Of a stretch of DNA of 64,000 nucleotides, positions 12,595 through 53,803 are shown piece by piece. The DNA is from Octopus vulgaris. Its lineage: Eukaryota. Below the pieces are notes generated by a model. That model did not search any database and was not told the origin of the DNA. It worked only from the letters and a program-made list of their open reading frames with translations. The stretch lies in NCBI GenBank assembly GCA_951406725.2, contig OX597836.1, forward strand, positions 15,624,001 to 15,688,000, given 5' to 3'. Both the position numbers and the translations under genes were made by a program. Position 1 is the stretch's first letter. Each line of letters opens with the position of its first letter.

Positions 12595-13530
12595 CCTGCT
12601 TGCTTAGCCAGCGGGGTGGCGTCGTTTGAAGGCTAAAACAATGTGAACGCATTGTGACCAGCGATGTGTAGCAACATCTGATGGTCTGGTCAGTCACGTG
12701 ATCATGTGATATATATATTTATATAAGCACAGGTGTGGCTGTGTGGTAAGAAGTTTGCTTCCTAATCACCTGGTTTGGGGTTCAGTCCCATTGTTTGGCA
12801 CCTTGGGTATATATCTTCTACTATAGCCTCATGCCAACCAAAGCCTTGTGAGTGGATTCGTGTATGCATGTATGTGTGTGTGTGGCAGAGTCGTTAGCAC
12901 GCCGGGTGAAATGCTTAGCGGTATTTTGTCTGCCGCTACGTCCTGAGTTCAAATTCCGCCGAGGTCGACTTTGCCTTTCATCCTTTCGGGGTCGATAAAT
13001 TAAGTACCAGTTGCATACTGGGGTCGATATAATCGACTTAATCCGTTTGTCTGTCCTTGTTTGTCCCCTCTGTGTTTAGCCCCTTGTGGGTAGTAAAGAG
13101 TTTGTATCAGTGTGTGTTTGTGCATGTGTGTCTAGGTAAGTGTGTGTGTGTAATCAATATATATATATGGTGTAAAGTGTATATGGTATAGGGTTGTTAT
13201 TCTTGTTGTTTAACCACTGATCAGCCTTGTCCAAACAGGCATATGTTCAGAAGCATTCCAGACATGACATTCCCATCTTATTTCTACATGCATAGAACCC
13301 AGAACCACAACATCCAATGCCTCCTTTTTTAAGATAATGATTTGTGTGATTACAGGAAGATTTGGTTGCTATTTTTAGCAAGTTTGAACGACCACATAAA
13401 GGTCCCATAAGTAGCTCAATGGCATATGGCATAAAATGTACGTGACATAAGCAGTATGTAGTGTGTGTATGTCTGTGTATTTGTGTGTGTGTGTATTTGT
13501 ATATACGTGTGTATATTTGTGTGTGGTGTG

Positions 13531-13750
13531 TACAAGGGAGTGCTGTAAAGTTCTTGGCTTTGAATAAAATAAAATACAGGAGGATCAGTTCATTGTGGTG
13601 TTACTCAACATATTCCCCTCTCTCAGATTCACACACTTATTGCAGTGGCCCTTCAGGTTTTCTAAACCCTGTAAAAAACTCAGAAGGTTAGGCCTCCAAC
13701 CAGGCCTTTTGTGATACCCTTTAAGCCAGGAACTTTTCAGCACTCCCTAG
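13531..13750. mobile_element. Mariner-type MITE, second copy
   Basis: Colinear with 363-579, with the same TIRs. Confidence 0.7.
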
Positions 13751-14216
13751 CAGTATACGTTGTTGTATGCACACACATATACACCCATCACACACACCCT
13801 CAAACCTATATACATACCCCTTTGAACACCATCTGCAACCCCCACCTCACTCTACACTTAACACCCCCAACACCCCAACACCAACACCCCACCCCCAATA
13901 CCTTCCTCCACCTCATATGTAATTATTTTTATCTCTGGTTTCTTACAAGAAAGAATATATCGTTAAAAGCTTTCTCATTATCAGAACCTGACGGCTGGTT
14001 GCTTCAACAATAAGGAAGTGTTTTCTGTTATCAAATCATCAATCAAATATTGTTTAATTAAGTTAATTGGTTAATCAGTCCGAGATAATCACCGTTTTTG
14101 AATAATGTTATGATTGTAATAGTTACTTCAGGCTTAAGTACAAGATTTATATATCGTGAGCAAAGGGAAGAGGTACACAAGTGACCAACACGTATTACTG
14201 GTATTTATCTATGATA

Positions 14217-14632
14217 AGGCGGCGAGCTGGCAGAAACGTTAGCACGCTGGGCGAAATGCTTGACAGTATTTCGTCTGCTGTTACGTTGTGAGTTCAAATT
14301 CCGCCGAGGTCGACTTTGCCTTTCATCCTCTCAGGGTCAATAAATTACCTACCAGTTGCATACTGGGGTTGATATAATTGACTTAATCCATTTGTCTGTC
14401 CTTGTTTGTCCCCTCTGTGTTTAGCCCCTTGTGGGTAGTAAAGAAATAGGTATTTCGTCTGCCGTTACATTCTGAGTTCAAATTCTGCCGAGTTCGATTT
14501 TGCCTTTCATCCTTTCGGGGTCGATAAATTAAGTACCAGTTACGCACTGGGGCCGAGGTAATCGATTTAATCTGTTTGTCTATCCTTGTTTGTCCACTCT
14601 ATGTTTAGCCCCTTGTGGGTAGTAAAGAAATG
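14217..14632 (+). mobile_element. SINE family A, dimeric copy
   Basis: Full unit followed by a 5'-shortened unit; flanking repeat GGTATTTATCTA. Confidence 0.8.
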
Positions 14633-14739
14633 GGTATTTATCTAGGATTGAAAGATGACACCTACACACCTAAACTCACCTACACAAACACACACAAACT
14701 CCATTACACAACCTCATCAGTGACGCAGTGGATTGTTGG

Positions 14740-14890
14740 GATGTTTTACTAAACCTTGATGCCCAGATTTTCACTGTGGAGTAAGACGGGTAGCCATCCT
14801 CCAAGATTTCTTTCGTGTGGCCAGGGATTTCTACTGCTTCTCTTTGCCTTGCAAAAAGAGAAACTTCATGATTGCCCATGCTTCAATTTT
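14740..14890 (-). mobile_element. Mariner transposase N-terminal remnant
   Basis: EI..KEILEDGYPSYSTVKIWASRF resembles the mariner HTH motif PSYSTVKxWxxxF. Confidence 0.55.
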
Positions 14891-15045
14891 ACTTAAATCC
14901 ACCGCAGGAGTTACCATCATGTAGTAAATATGCAGAAAAAAAGAAGGATATATTGTATACCATCATAATTTTTTACATATCTTCTAAATAAATGTCTTGC
15001 CTCCCCTGTAAAGGTAACAGTTCTACCCTTTCATGACACCCTTAA

Positions 15046-15266
15046 CCCTTTCGTTACCATATTTATTTTGAGATGCTCTGTGTTTCTTTCAATTACTTCA
15101 AATATAATGAAGAATTTAGTAAAATAACTTAGTTATTATTAAGCTAGTGTTAGCAACATTAATTGTGACTAAAGTTTGGTGGAAGATTTTAATTTAGGAT
15201 TTTTGAAAACAAGACTTTTGTACTACAGAACCAGAGCCGGTTTCAGCCGGGTTGGTAACGAAAGGG
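15046..15266. mobile_element. TTAA-specific (piggyBac-like) MITE
   Basis: Perfect 14-bp TIR CCCTTTCGTTACCA with TTAA on both sides; decayed copies near 7675-7960 and 62100-62320. Confidence 0.8.
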
Positions 15267-15816
15267 TTAAAAACCAGGACCTTTTCAGCAGCCTTTGTAG
15301 TTGGTTTTGCTTTTATTGCTTTTGCTGCTGCTGCTGTTGTTGTTGTTGTTGTTAAGCAAGAAGACGGGTACGGGTGATTAGGTGATGGTCTAGGGCTTAG
15401 GGGCAGGAGACCCCAGACCTTGGGAAAAAACAACAACTTTGCTTGTCTTGTTGTAGTCGAGGGCTCTTCGTTGACATTTTGTCTGATTTGGCTTTGTTGA
15501 AATTTTGCTTATTCTGGTTAACAAATTGCCTTTCGTCCTTTCGAGATCAATAAATTAGGTACCAGTTGAGCACTGGGATTGATTCAGTTGATTTGGCCCC
15601 TCTCCCAAAAAGCTGCTGGCCTTGTGCCAAAATTTGAAATCAGTATTTCTCTGGAAAGTGACCCAAGATTCGTCCTACCTGAACATCTATTGACCAACTG
15701 GTCGAAGGCTCTTTACAGAAGAACAACCTACCAAATGCAGGAGAGGAAATTCTGGAGACAAGCCGTTGATATTGTCCATCTATGAACAACACAGTGGGTA
15801 GGTAGGTAGTAACAGT

Positions 15817-16285
15817 TCTCTCTCTCTCTCATTCTCTCTCATACTCTCTCTCTCTTTCTCTCTCTCTCATACTATCTCTCTCATTCTCTCTCTCTCTCTT
15901 TCCCTCTCTCTCTTTCTCTCTCTCTCTCATTCTCTCTCTCTCTTTCTCTCTCTCTCTCATACTCTCTCTCTCTCATACTCTCTCTCTCTCTCTCTCATAC
16001 TCTCTCTCTCATACTCTCTCTCATACTCTCTCTCTCATACTCTCTCTCTCTCATACTCTCTCTCTCATACTCTCTCTCTCATACTCTCTCTCTCCCTCTC
16101 TCTCTCATTCTCTCTCTCTTTCTCTCTCTCTCTCATTCTCTCTCTCTCATACTCTCTCTCTCTCATACTCTCTCTCATACTCTCTCTCTCATTCTCTCTC
16201 TCTCTTTCTCTCTCTCTCATTCTCTCTCTCTCTTTCTCCCTCTCTCTCTCATACTCTCTCTCATGCTCTCTCTCTCTCTCTCTCT
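15817..16285. repeat. (CT)n microsatellite punctuated by CATA/CATT
   Basis: Direct reading. Confidence 0.95.
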
Positions 16286-16597
16286 GTGAGCATACTTCTC
16301 TTCATATGTGTATGAGGAGAAGGTAAGTGTTCTTGTCAATTGTATTCACTTAATAAACCATAACATCACTCTGTCTGTCTGTCTGTATGTCCACATTTCT
16401 GAACATGCATTTGTACTTTTGTTTCCAGAACCAAAAAGTACCACCACTAAAAATATCAGTACCAAAAAAAAAAAAAAAAAAAAGGGTTCAATGTCCGGTC
16501 AGCCTGCCCCAAATTGCCAGCGTCCAAACAGCTGCACCCAATCATCTCATTCTTCATTGCACCTTGAATCCCTCAAAAATAGTTTCTTCAAAATTTC

Positions 16598-17285
16598 ACC
16601 CATCATCATCATCATCATCAAAAATCACCACCACCACCACCACCACCACTATTATCATCACCACCAGACATAGCAACAACATCTGCTGTAATAAACTTCC
16701 TTGACAACCACATCTCAACAACAACAACAACAACAACAACACTAAGTCTGGTGTATTAACTACAGCAACTGTTCCCATCACCCCAGCTATGGCTATTACT
16801 ACCATGACCACCACTCCAGTATCACCACTCTATCACTTCATCACAGAAACCACTTCTATCCATGACCATCATGACCATGATGATGATCATCATCATCACA
16901 CCACTACCACCACCATCACCATCACAACAGAAATGACCACCATAGTCACTATTACTACCACCTGAACCACTACCACCACCACCACCAATACCACCACAAC
17001 AGCAATGACCACCATAGTCACTATTACTACCACCTGAACCACCATTACCACCACCACCACCATCAATACCACCACCAATACCACCACCACCACCACCACT
17101 ACTACTCACCACTCCTCACCACGCCCACTCCCACCACCACCACCATCATCACCACCAGCACTACTACCACCTCAACTACCATTACCACCACCCACACTAC
17201 AATTACTGGCACCACCACCACCACCACCACCATCACTGTCGCTACCACCACAACCACCGAAGCCGCCACCGCCATAACAACAACT
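16598..17285. repeat. Compound (CCA)/(CAT)/(CAA) trinucleotide repeat region
   Basis: Direct reading. Confidence 0.9.
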
Positions 17286-17855
17286 TGAAATGGTTTGCCT
17301 TTTTCTTCTCTCTTTACTCTGACAACAAACGAATGTCAATTAGTACCGTTGGCGCTATTAACAAGACTGACCTTAAATCTTCTCTGAGAGCAACAACAAT
17401 TGACAACTGCACTGGTTTCATTCGTTGGGCTTTGCCACTTTGGATGAGTGAACTTAGGAGGATGGAGTGAAGTGCTGGTAATGACTAGCCACCCAGGTAT
17501 ACAGCAGGGTTAGCAATCACCCACGGAGGAAACCAACAGAGTCGTTAGCGAGCATTGACAAAATAATGTCTCTGTCGGCAAATTAATAAGGAGTTACCCA
17601 CCAGCTGTCCACCCTCGAAGTTAATGAGGAAGATTAGTAAAGTTAATGAAAGATGGCTTGAGAGACACAACACGGTCAGGATTTACTGTCTGTTCTCTAC
17701 CTGTAATGGAACATGGAAAATCAAGGTGAACTTGACCTCAAAACCCTGGCTTAATATGTGAGTGACATCTGATTTAGTTCCTTATTTTTTATTCCCTGTT
17801 GTTGTATATTTATATATTTTGGAACTAGTTCTTGAAGTACATATAGAGCTATTAA

Positions 17856-18087
17856 CCCATTAAGTCCCATTGTCCTATAAATAGGACACTAAATGTAAAC
17901 ATTAAATAAGCTAATCACATTGTCTCGGTGTCCTATTTATAGGACACTGAGTATTTCCATTTCTACGTGAAGTAAAGGAGTTTTAATAATTATTTTTTCA
18001 TTTTCCAATCATCCATAAAAATTTTCAATCATCCATAAAAATTTAAAAGTAATATTCAGAAATTTAAGTACTCTGGGACTTAATGGG
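17856..18087. mobile_element. TTAA-specific (piggyBac-like) MITE
   Basis: Perfect 14-bp TIR CCCATTAAGTCCCA with TTAA flanks; two internal palindromes TGTCCTATWWATAGGACA. Confidence 0.8.
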
Positions 18088-18289
18088 TTAATAATCTTTT
18101 CTATTATAGGTACAAGGCTGGAAATTTAATGGGAGGAAGCTAGTCAAATACATTGATCCCAGTACTCAGCTGGTATTTATTCTATTGACCCTGAAAGGAT
18201 GAAAGGCAAAGTTGACCTCGGCAGAATTTGAACTCAGAACATAAAGACAGGCAAAATACCACTTACTATTTTGCCAAGCATATTAATCC

Positions 18290-18820
18290 AGAGAGCTGTA
18301 CCAGGTTGCAGTCTTGATTTGACTGCAGTTTCTATACCTGGAGGCCCTTCATAATGCCAATCACTCCAAGAGTGTAGCGGGTGCCTTTTACGTGTCACTG
18401 GCATGGGTGCATTTTACATGCCGCTGGCACAGGTGTCTTTTATGTGTCACTGCCATGGGTGCCTATCATATATGGGTACATTTTACATGTCACTGGCCCT
18501 GGACTCAACTACGGTTTTGCTTGGTTTGATGTGTCTTCTCAAGCACAGCAAAATACCAAAGATCTCAATCACTTGTCATTATTTCCGTGAGACTCAACAT
18601 CCGAAGATCATGTTTCACCACCTCATCCCATGTCTTCCTGGGTTGTCCTCATCCACAGCTTCCCTCCACAGTTAGAGATCAGCACTTCTTAACACATCAC
18701 ATGATCATAGCCCTGTACTCTCTCTTGCACACCACATCTAATGCTTCTTGCACCCAATTTTTCTCTCAAGATCCTAACACTCTGTTGTACTTGTACACTG
18801 ACATTGCACATCCAGCGAAA
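18290..18820 (-). mobile_element. Decayed RTE LINE: ORF C-terminus plus 3' UTR
   Basis: G*GQPRKTWDEVVKHDLRML..TSD*DLWYFAVLEKT, contiguous with the repeat-bearing 3' UTR family; similar ORF piece at about 63545-63648. Confidence 0.75.
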
Positions 18821-18968
18821 AATTAATCATGTTACCTTGTGGCTTTGAGATTTCAATGATGTGATTGTATATTTTTAGAATGGCATTGTAGGATAGGTGT
18901 GAGATGCCAGATCTAGCCAATTTGAACACAAAACATGCAGAATATTTTAGCCAGATATAACCACTTTA

Positions 18969-19199
18969 GGCGGCAAGCTGGCAGAAATGTTAGCGTGCCG
19001 GGCAAAATGCTTAGTGGTAATTCGTCTGCTGTAATGTTCTGAGTTCAAATTCCACCGAGGTCGACTTTACCTTTCATCCTTTCGGGGTCGATAAATAAAG
19101 TACCAGTTATGCACTGGGATTGATGTAATCGACTTAATCCCTTTGTCTGTCCTTGTTTGCCCCCTCTATGTTTAGCCCCTTGTGGGCAATAAACGAATA
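18969..19199 (+). mobile_element. tRNA-derived SINE family A, monomer with 16-bp TSD, nested in a TTAA MITE
   Basis: GGCGGC..TGGCAGAA A box and GAGTTCAAATTCC B box; TSD AGATATAACCA(C/G)TTTA. Other copies at 12883, 27811, 39097, 45869 and 60062 (+) and 34730-34931 and 63278-63496 (-). Confidence 0.85.
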
Positions 19200-19596
19200 A
19201 GATATAACCAGTTTAAATGCTCAAGTTACTGACAAGATTGAAAAAAATCACCTGACATTATCAGTTTGACATTGTGATGCCAACTTTGTGTGTGTGAAGG
19301 AAGTCTGTTACTAATTATATGTATATGTATGTATATGTATGTATATACATGTGTGTATGCATGTACATATCCGGCTGAGCACTGAAGCTGATGTAATTGA
19401 CTTGCCACTCCCCTAAAATTGTTAGTTTTGAATCAAAATTTGAAACTATTATCATAAAGCAGTGTTTTTTTTTTTTTTTGTTGCCTTTCGTACTATCAGA
19501 GTTGGTAAAGTAAACTACCAGTTAAGTATTGTGAGTCAATGTAATCAACTGCTAGCCTTATAGCTAAATATTTAAAAAAATCCATTATTATTATTA

Positions 19597-19653
<57 letters not shown>

Positions 19654-19672
19654 TACATTATTATTATTATTA

Positions 19673-19740
<68 letters not shown>

Positions 19741-20919
19741 GACCTCCACCTTAGTGGAGGCAGCGGTATTATTGTTTTCAGTCGTGTTTCTTTCTTTGAT
19801 TGTTTGTCTGTCCATGGACAAGATATCTCAAGAACCAATGGATGAATTCTGATGAAACTTCCAGGAATATTTGGCCTCATGATTGGCACGATCTGATTAA
19901 ATTTGGGGATAGCAAACGTTTCTGCCAACTTGCCATTTTTTCATTAGCTTGACATATCTTATCAAGTGTCACAAATTTCCACATCTCCCAGTCCCTCGTT
20001 ATTTTCCTCAGTGAGTTCAAATTCTGCTGAGGTCAACTTTGCTTTTCATCCTTTCAGGATCAATAAAATAAGTACCAGCTGAGTACTGGGGGGGTCTTTG
20101 TAATTGACTTATCCCATCCCCAGAAATTGCTAGCATTGTGCCAAAATTTAGAACCAATATTCTGGAATTATTTAAATTTGTTTTTAAAAGATGTTTTATT
20201 TTGACTTACACAAAGAATTTTACTGTTTCTTTCTTTAAACAGTTCCTTTGCTCTCTTCCTCATGAAGTTGTAATAATGTCAGCTACCAAAGAAAATGGTC
20301 GTGAAGAAAATGAAGAACCACGAAAAAAGGAAAAGAGAAAACCCATCCTCATATCACTGGCTCTGTTCTAGTTAAAAAAAAAAAAAATTGTAAAAAAAAA
20401 TGTTGATTAATTAAAACGTGAATTGGTTTTTATAGAGAATATTGAACTGGCTTTTCATTATTTGTCCTTCAAATAACAACTGAGGAATCACTTACAGAAT
20501 CTGGGAAAATATCAGAAAAGCCAAAGTTGAAGAGAAAATATTTACGCTATCATTAAGATATTTGTATATCATTTTGTATAAACAAAACAACTTGATATTG
20601 TAACTAGACAAATATCTGTTGTTTTTTTTTTATGACCTTCTAGTTACACCAGAACACATTTAAATATCTGTGCATGTGTATGTGTATATGTGTGTATGTG
20701 TGTGTGTGTATATATATACCATGGAGAGAATTGTCAGTAAATTCATGTAACGACCTTCATAATTTATATGTAATTTTCCACATAACACTATATCTATCAA
20801 TCTGTCTGTCTGTCTATTTATCTAGTTGTCTATTTATTCATCTCTCCATCAATCCAAATCTACTACTTCACACCCATGTAATATATAGAGTACAACTTTG
20901 CCTCTCTGACTCTGTCTGT

Positions 20920-20993
<74 letters not shown>

Positions 20994-21492
20994 GTATATA
21001 TATTTACTTACTTTATTCTATGTATTAAGCAATCTCCCATTTGTAAACACACACACACACACATATATATATACACACATACACACTCTCTCTCACACAC
21101 ACATAATAAAGTTTAGAGATGTTAACCTCTCTAAACTTAATTTATTACATTGTCTACATTTTCTTATATATAGTATATCTCTGCATATTTCTCTGTATAT
21201 AACGCTGTATATATTTTATTCCTCTATATTTCACAATACATAACACTATATAAATATATATATATATATATAAAATAATAATGATAATAATAATAATAAT
21301 AATAATATGAGGGAATATTATTCCAAACTTACAGGGAAAAATCCAGTTTAAGAAATACTAAATCAAATTTCACAACATATAATATATGTATATAAATTAG
21401 AAAAAAACCACCTTAACACCAGCAACATAAAAGATTTTATATAAATCAAACATTTTTTAAATAAAAATATAAAAGAAAAGATTTAATCAGTA

Positions 21493-50215
<28,723 letters not shown>

Positions 50216-50715
50216 ACATAAAGCTATTCCTGCCTACTGCAACCCTTTTCTTTTATCTTTTACTCTCTCTCTCTCTCTCACTCTTTCACTCTCTTTCTCC
50301 CTGACTCTTTCTCTCTCTCTTACTCCCTCTCTCCCTCTATTTCTCCTACCCCCTACTTTTTGTGTTGTTTTTCTGATTTTGTAAAAAAATTAACTTGACA
50401 AAGAAACAAAGACAAAAATAAAAGAAAATGGAAGCAAAACAAAGAAATATACAAATAAAACTCAAAATAAAAAGCGACTTATTTAAGTGTTTAAGTTTTA
50501 TTAAAGCTCTTCTGGTAGCAAGCTGGTCAATGCGCTTAACTCTTTTGAAACTACTCCATGGCTTTATGCTGCAACCCTCCTGTTTTAAAGTGATTGAAAG
50601 TAAAAACCTTCTTTCAAGATTTCATATTAATTAATGTTTCAAACACCAACTTAATAATAATCTTTTTCTCCTGAGGAAATGGATTACATTTAAATTAATT
50701 ATATATATATATATA

Positions 50716-50798
<83 letters not shown>

Positions 50799-51418
50799 TC
50801 ATCATCGTTTAGTGTCCGTTTTCCATGCGCTGTTTATCTTGATATGAGATCACCATGTTGTGCACATATGGTTGTGATGCATGTGCCTGGTGTACCCTTA
50901 TCAGACGGGTAGTCATGGTGGATATACTGGGCTTCGTATATTTTACCCCAGTGTCACTTTGATGGCATGCTCTGCTCGCTCACTCAATAATAATAATAAT
51001 AATGTAGTAATATTCTTCAGTTGTTTCAATAAAAAGATATCCTGTTTTGTATTTAAAAAAAAGATCTTGACGATGCATGTTTATTGTGTTGCAATACTGT
51101 ATCAGTGAGGGTTATGGCTGGATTGGTGTGACAGGAGAGTGTGGTTAAATGTGAACGGCAAGGTTGAGTTGGTGGAACAGAAATGTGTTTATAACAAGTG
51201 GTCAAGCTGGCTTGGATTTGCCCAGCTCAACCATGTCACTCATCTCTATAGTTTGTAGCATTCAGGTCAATAAGGCAACATACTGTGATTATGTTGGTGG
51301 ATGAAAGATTTTTCCAGAGAACTGACCTGTGCTATCCATGCTGGGGTATCCATAGGAATCGCATTATTTATGAGTTATAGTTTCACTGTCATTAACACCT
51401 AAATAATGTGTTTATCTA

Positions 51419-52010
51419 TCCATCATCATCATCATCGTTTAACGTTCGTTTTCCATGCTAGCATGGGTTGGACAGTTCGACCGGGGTCTGGGAAGCCAGG
51501 AGGCTGCACCAGGCTACAGTCTGATCTGGCAGTGTTTATACAGCTTGATGCCCTTCCTAACGCCAACCACTCCGAGAGTGTAGTGGGTGCTTTTTATGCG
51601 CCACCGGCACAGGTGCCAAGGGAGGCTGGCATCAGTCACAATCGGTTGGTGCTTTCTTTGTGTCACCGGCACAGAAGCCAGTCAAGGCGGCGCTGGCATC
51701 GGCCACGTTCGGATGGTGCTTTTTATGTGTCACCGGCACAGAAGCCAGTCAAGGCGGCGCTGGCATTGGCCACATTCGGATGGTGCTTTTTATGTGTCAC
51801 CGGCACAGAAGCCAGTCAAGGCGGCGCTGGCATTGGCCACATTCGGATGGTGCTTTTTAAGTGCCACCGGCACAGGTATCACAACTACGATTTCCATTTG
51901 ATATTTATTTTGATGTTGATGTACTTGACTCAATAGGTCTCCTCAAGCACAGCAGGTTCTCCTACGATCCAAGGTAAGCACAGCAGGCCGCTCTGCGATC
52001 CAAGGTACTT
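51419..52010 (-). mobile_element. RTE-type 3' end with internal ~67-bp tandem repeats and (GAT)n tail, representative copy
   Basis: Related copies at about 5155-5630(+), 25830-26195(-), 30926-31285(-), 35028-35220(-), 52826-52988(+), 56810-57305(-), 58775-59230(+) and 62643-63030(-). Confidence 0.75.
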
Positions 52011-53027
52011 TGAATGGGCTGGGGTTGCAATGTGAAACTAAAAGCAAAATTCTGTCTGACTGTCTGGAACCCCTGTATCTCAGGCTACATTTGCTCTACA
52101 TAGACATATTACACCAGGATGATCCCAGGATGAAAATCTGCCCTTCATTTGGTTCTTGAACATCCAGTATTAAGATCTTATTTAAAAGCATTTGGGCTGC
52201 TATTTCTAGCAAGTAATACTTGGCTGATTCACACCATCTGGGTTGGCATTTGTCAGGTGATGTCAGAGATCAAGGGGGAGATAAATGACATTCGCTTCAT
52301 TAACTTTATGTTGAGATAAGAACTTTGGGACAGATTGGCCAGCAGAGAATTATTGCAATACAGGATTAATTTTCCATCATCCTTAACCTCCATCAAACAC
52401 CACCAAGGCATATAGTCATTTTAGATAATATTATAGTCATGGTATTTAGCTCTGTTTGGTTTTGGGCTGTAGCCCCAATTAGCCCTCCACAGGAGCCAGC
52501 TTAAAGGTCTGCATGGAGTGCAGCTTTTAAGCTAGTTCAACATATAAAACAGATCTCATTGACATTCACATACTTTGACTATTTACATATTCAGTCAACA
52601 TATACGATCTGTCTCTCTCTCTATCTGCTCAACTTCTATACACTATCTCTACCTATCCAGTGGATATCTACACACTATCTATCCAGTCAACAGATATCTA
52701 CACACAGTGCCAATATGTACCGTCAGCATCTACATTGACTCCAGCCATCTGTCCGTCTGTCTGTCTGTCTAACCAAGTAAGCAACCAACCAACATCTGTA
52801 CCCATTTTCTATTTGATCATTCTCACACACTCGGAGTGGTTGGCATAAGGAAGGTCATCCAGCTGTAGAAACTCTGCCAGATCAAGATTGGAGCCTGGTG
52901 CAGCCATCTGGCTCGCCGATCCTCAGTCAAATCATCCAACCCATGCTAGCACGGAAAGCGGACGTTAAACGATGATGATGATGATGATACATATATATGC
53001 AAGCACATAGATATACAGTACAAATGC

Positions 53028-53074
<47 letters not shown>

Positions 53075-53254
53075 TATATGCGTGTATGTGTGTGTGAGTT
53101 GTCTAAGAGACCAAAAGTCAGATATACACGATGCACTTGTATATCTGTCAATAGAGTGAATATATTATTCGAAATGTATATAGTATTGTACAGGCTGCGT
53201 AAGATATTTGAGGACAGATTTATGTTTATAAAAAAAATAGATATATAATAAATA

Positions 53255-53420
53255 GTGAATTTTGGAAGAGGGCCCTTGCAAGTCTACCAGATAGATGGAA
53301 GAGCATTGTAGAAAATGAAGGAGAGTATATTTTAGATTGGAAAAGAACTTTGTTTATCTTAATTTTGAAAGATAAAAGAAGTATAGAAAAAACCGCATTA
53401 TTTATGGAATGACCCAATAG
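53255..53420 (+). mobile_element. Mariner 3' end remnant
   Basis: FWKRALASLPDRWKSIVENEGEYILD matches the transposase C-terminal LPxRWxxxVxxxGxY motif, followed by TIR-like TTATGGAATGACCCAA-TA. Confidence 0.65.
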
Positions 53421-53569
53421 ATAGCTAGACACACAGACACACAGGTGTGCATACAAGTGCAAAACAATGTGGAAAAAATAGTACTCGAATACCAAAGTTA
53501 AAATAATAATATGCTTTTATTAAAGCTGCAAAATTATCAAAGGACTGTTACTCAGAGTTTCACATTCCT

Positions 53570-53797
53570 GTTCGCCGTGTCCGACGAACGGAAGTCGAAC
53601 GTGACTACGAAGCGAATTTCTTAAACCCATGACGGAACCAATAGAAATCGCACACCATTTGTTTGACGCGTGGACCTAAATGTAAACGGATACAAATGAG
53701 AATCTACACCGGTTCAGTGAAACGGTGTAATATCAAACAAGAAAGAAATCTGTCGATGTTAATTAATTAATTAATTAAACTACTGGAATTGTCCACA
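53570..53797 (+). promoter_or_regulatory. Probable CZIB promoter and 5' UTR
   Basis: Locally CpG-retaining unique sequence just upstream of the ATG, with ETS-like CGGAAGT (53589), CCAAT (53638) and ACGCGT (53666). Confidence 0.55.
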
Positions 53798-53803
53798 ATG
53801 GGG
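53798..53803 (+). CDS. CZIB: CZIB exon 1 coding part (ATG GGG)
   Basis: ACAATGGGG followed by GTGAGT; supplies the Met-Gly missing before KIALQ. Confidence 0.8.

Noticed and set aside
16822-17112. Minus-strand Gly-rich ORF with a repeated GGSNSDYGGH unit, resembling a structural protein
   Set aside because: Lies wholly within a (CCA)n region with a local duplication; no signal peptide or splice support.
51585-51875. Regularly spaced direct repeats that superficially resemble a CRISPR array
   Set aside because: Units are tandem with identical rather than unique spacers, in eukaryotic retroelement DNA with no cas genes.
53550-53605. Degenerate CCGACGAA/GAAAC hammerhead-like pieces near the CZIB promoter
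   Set aside because: Core and stems are incomplete on both strands.
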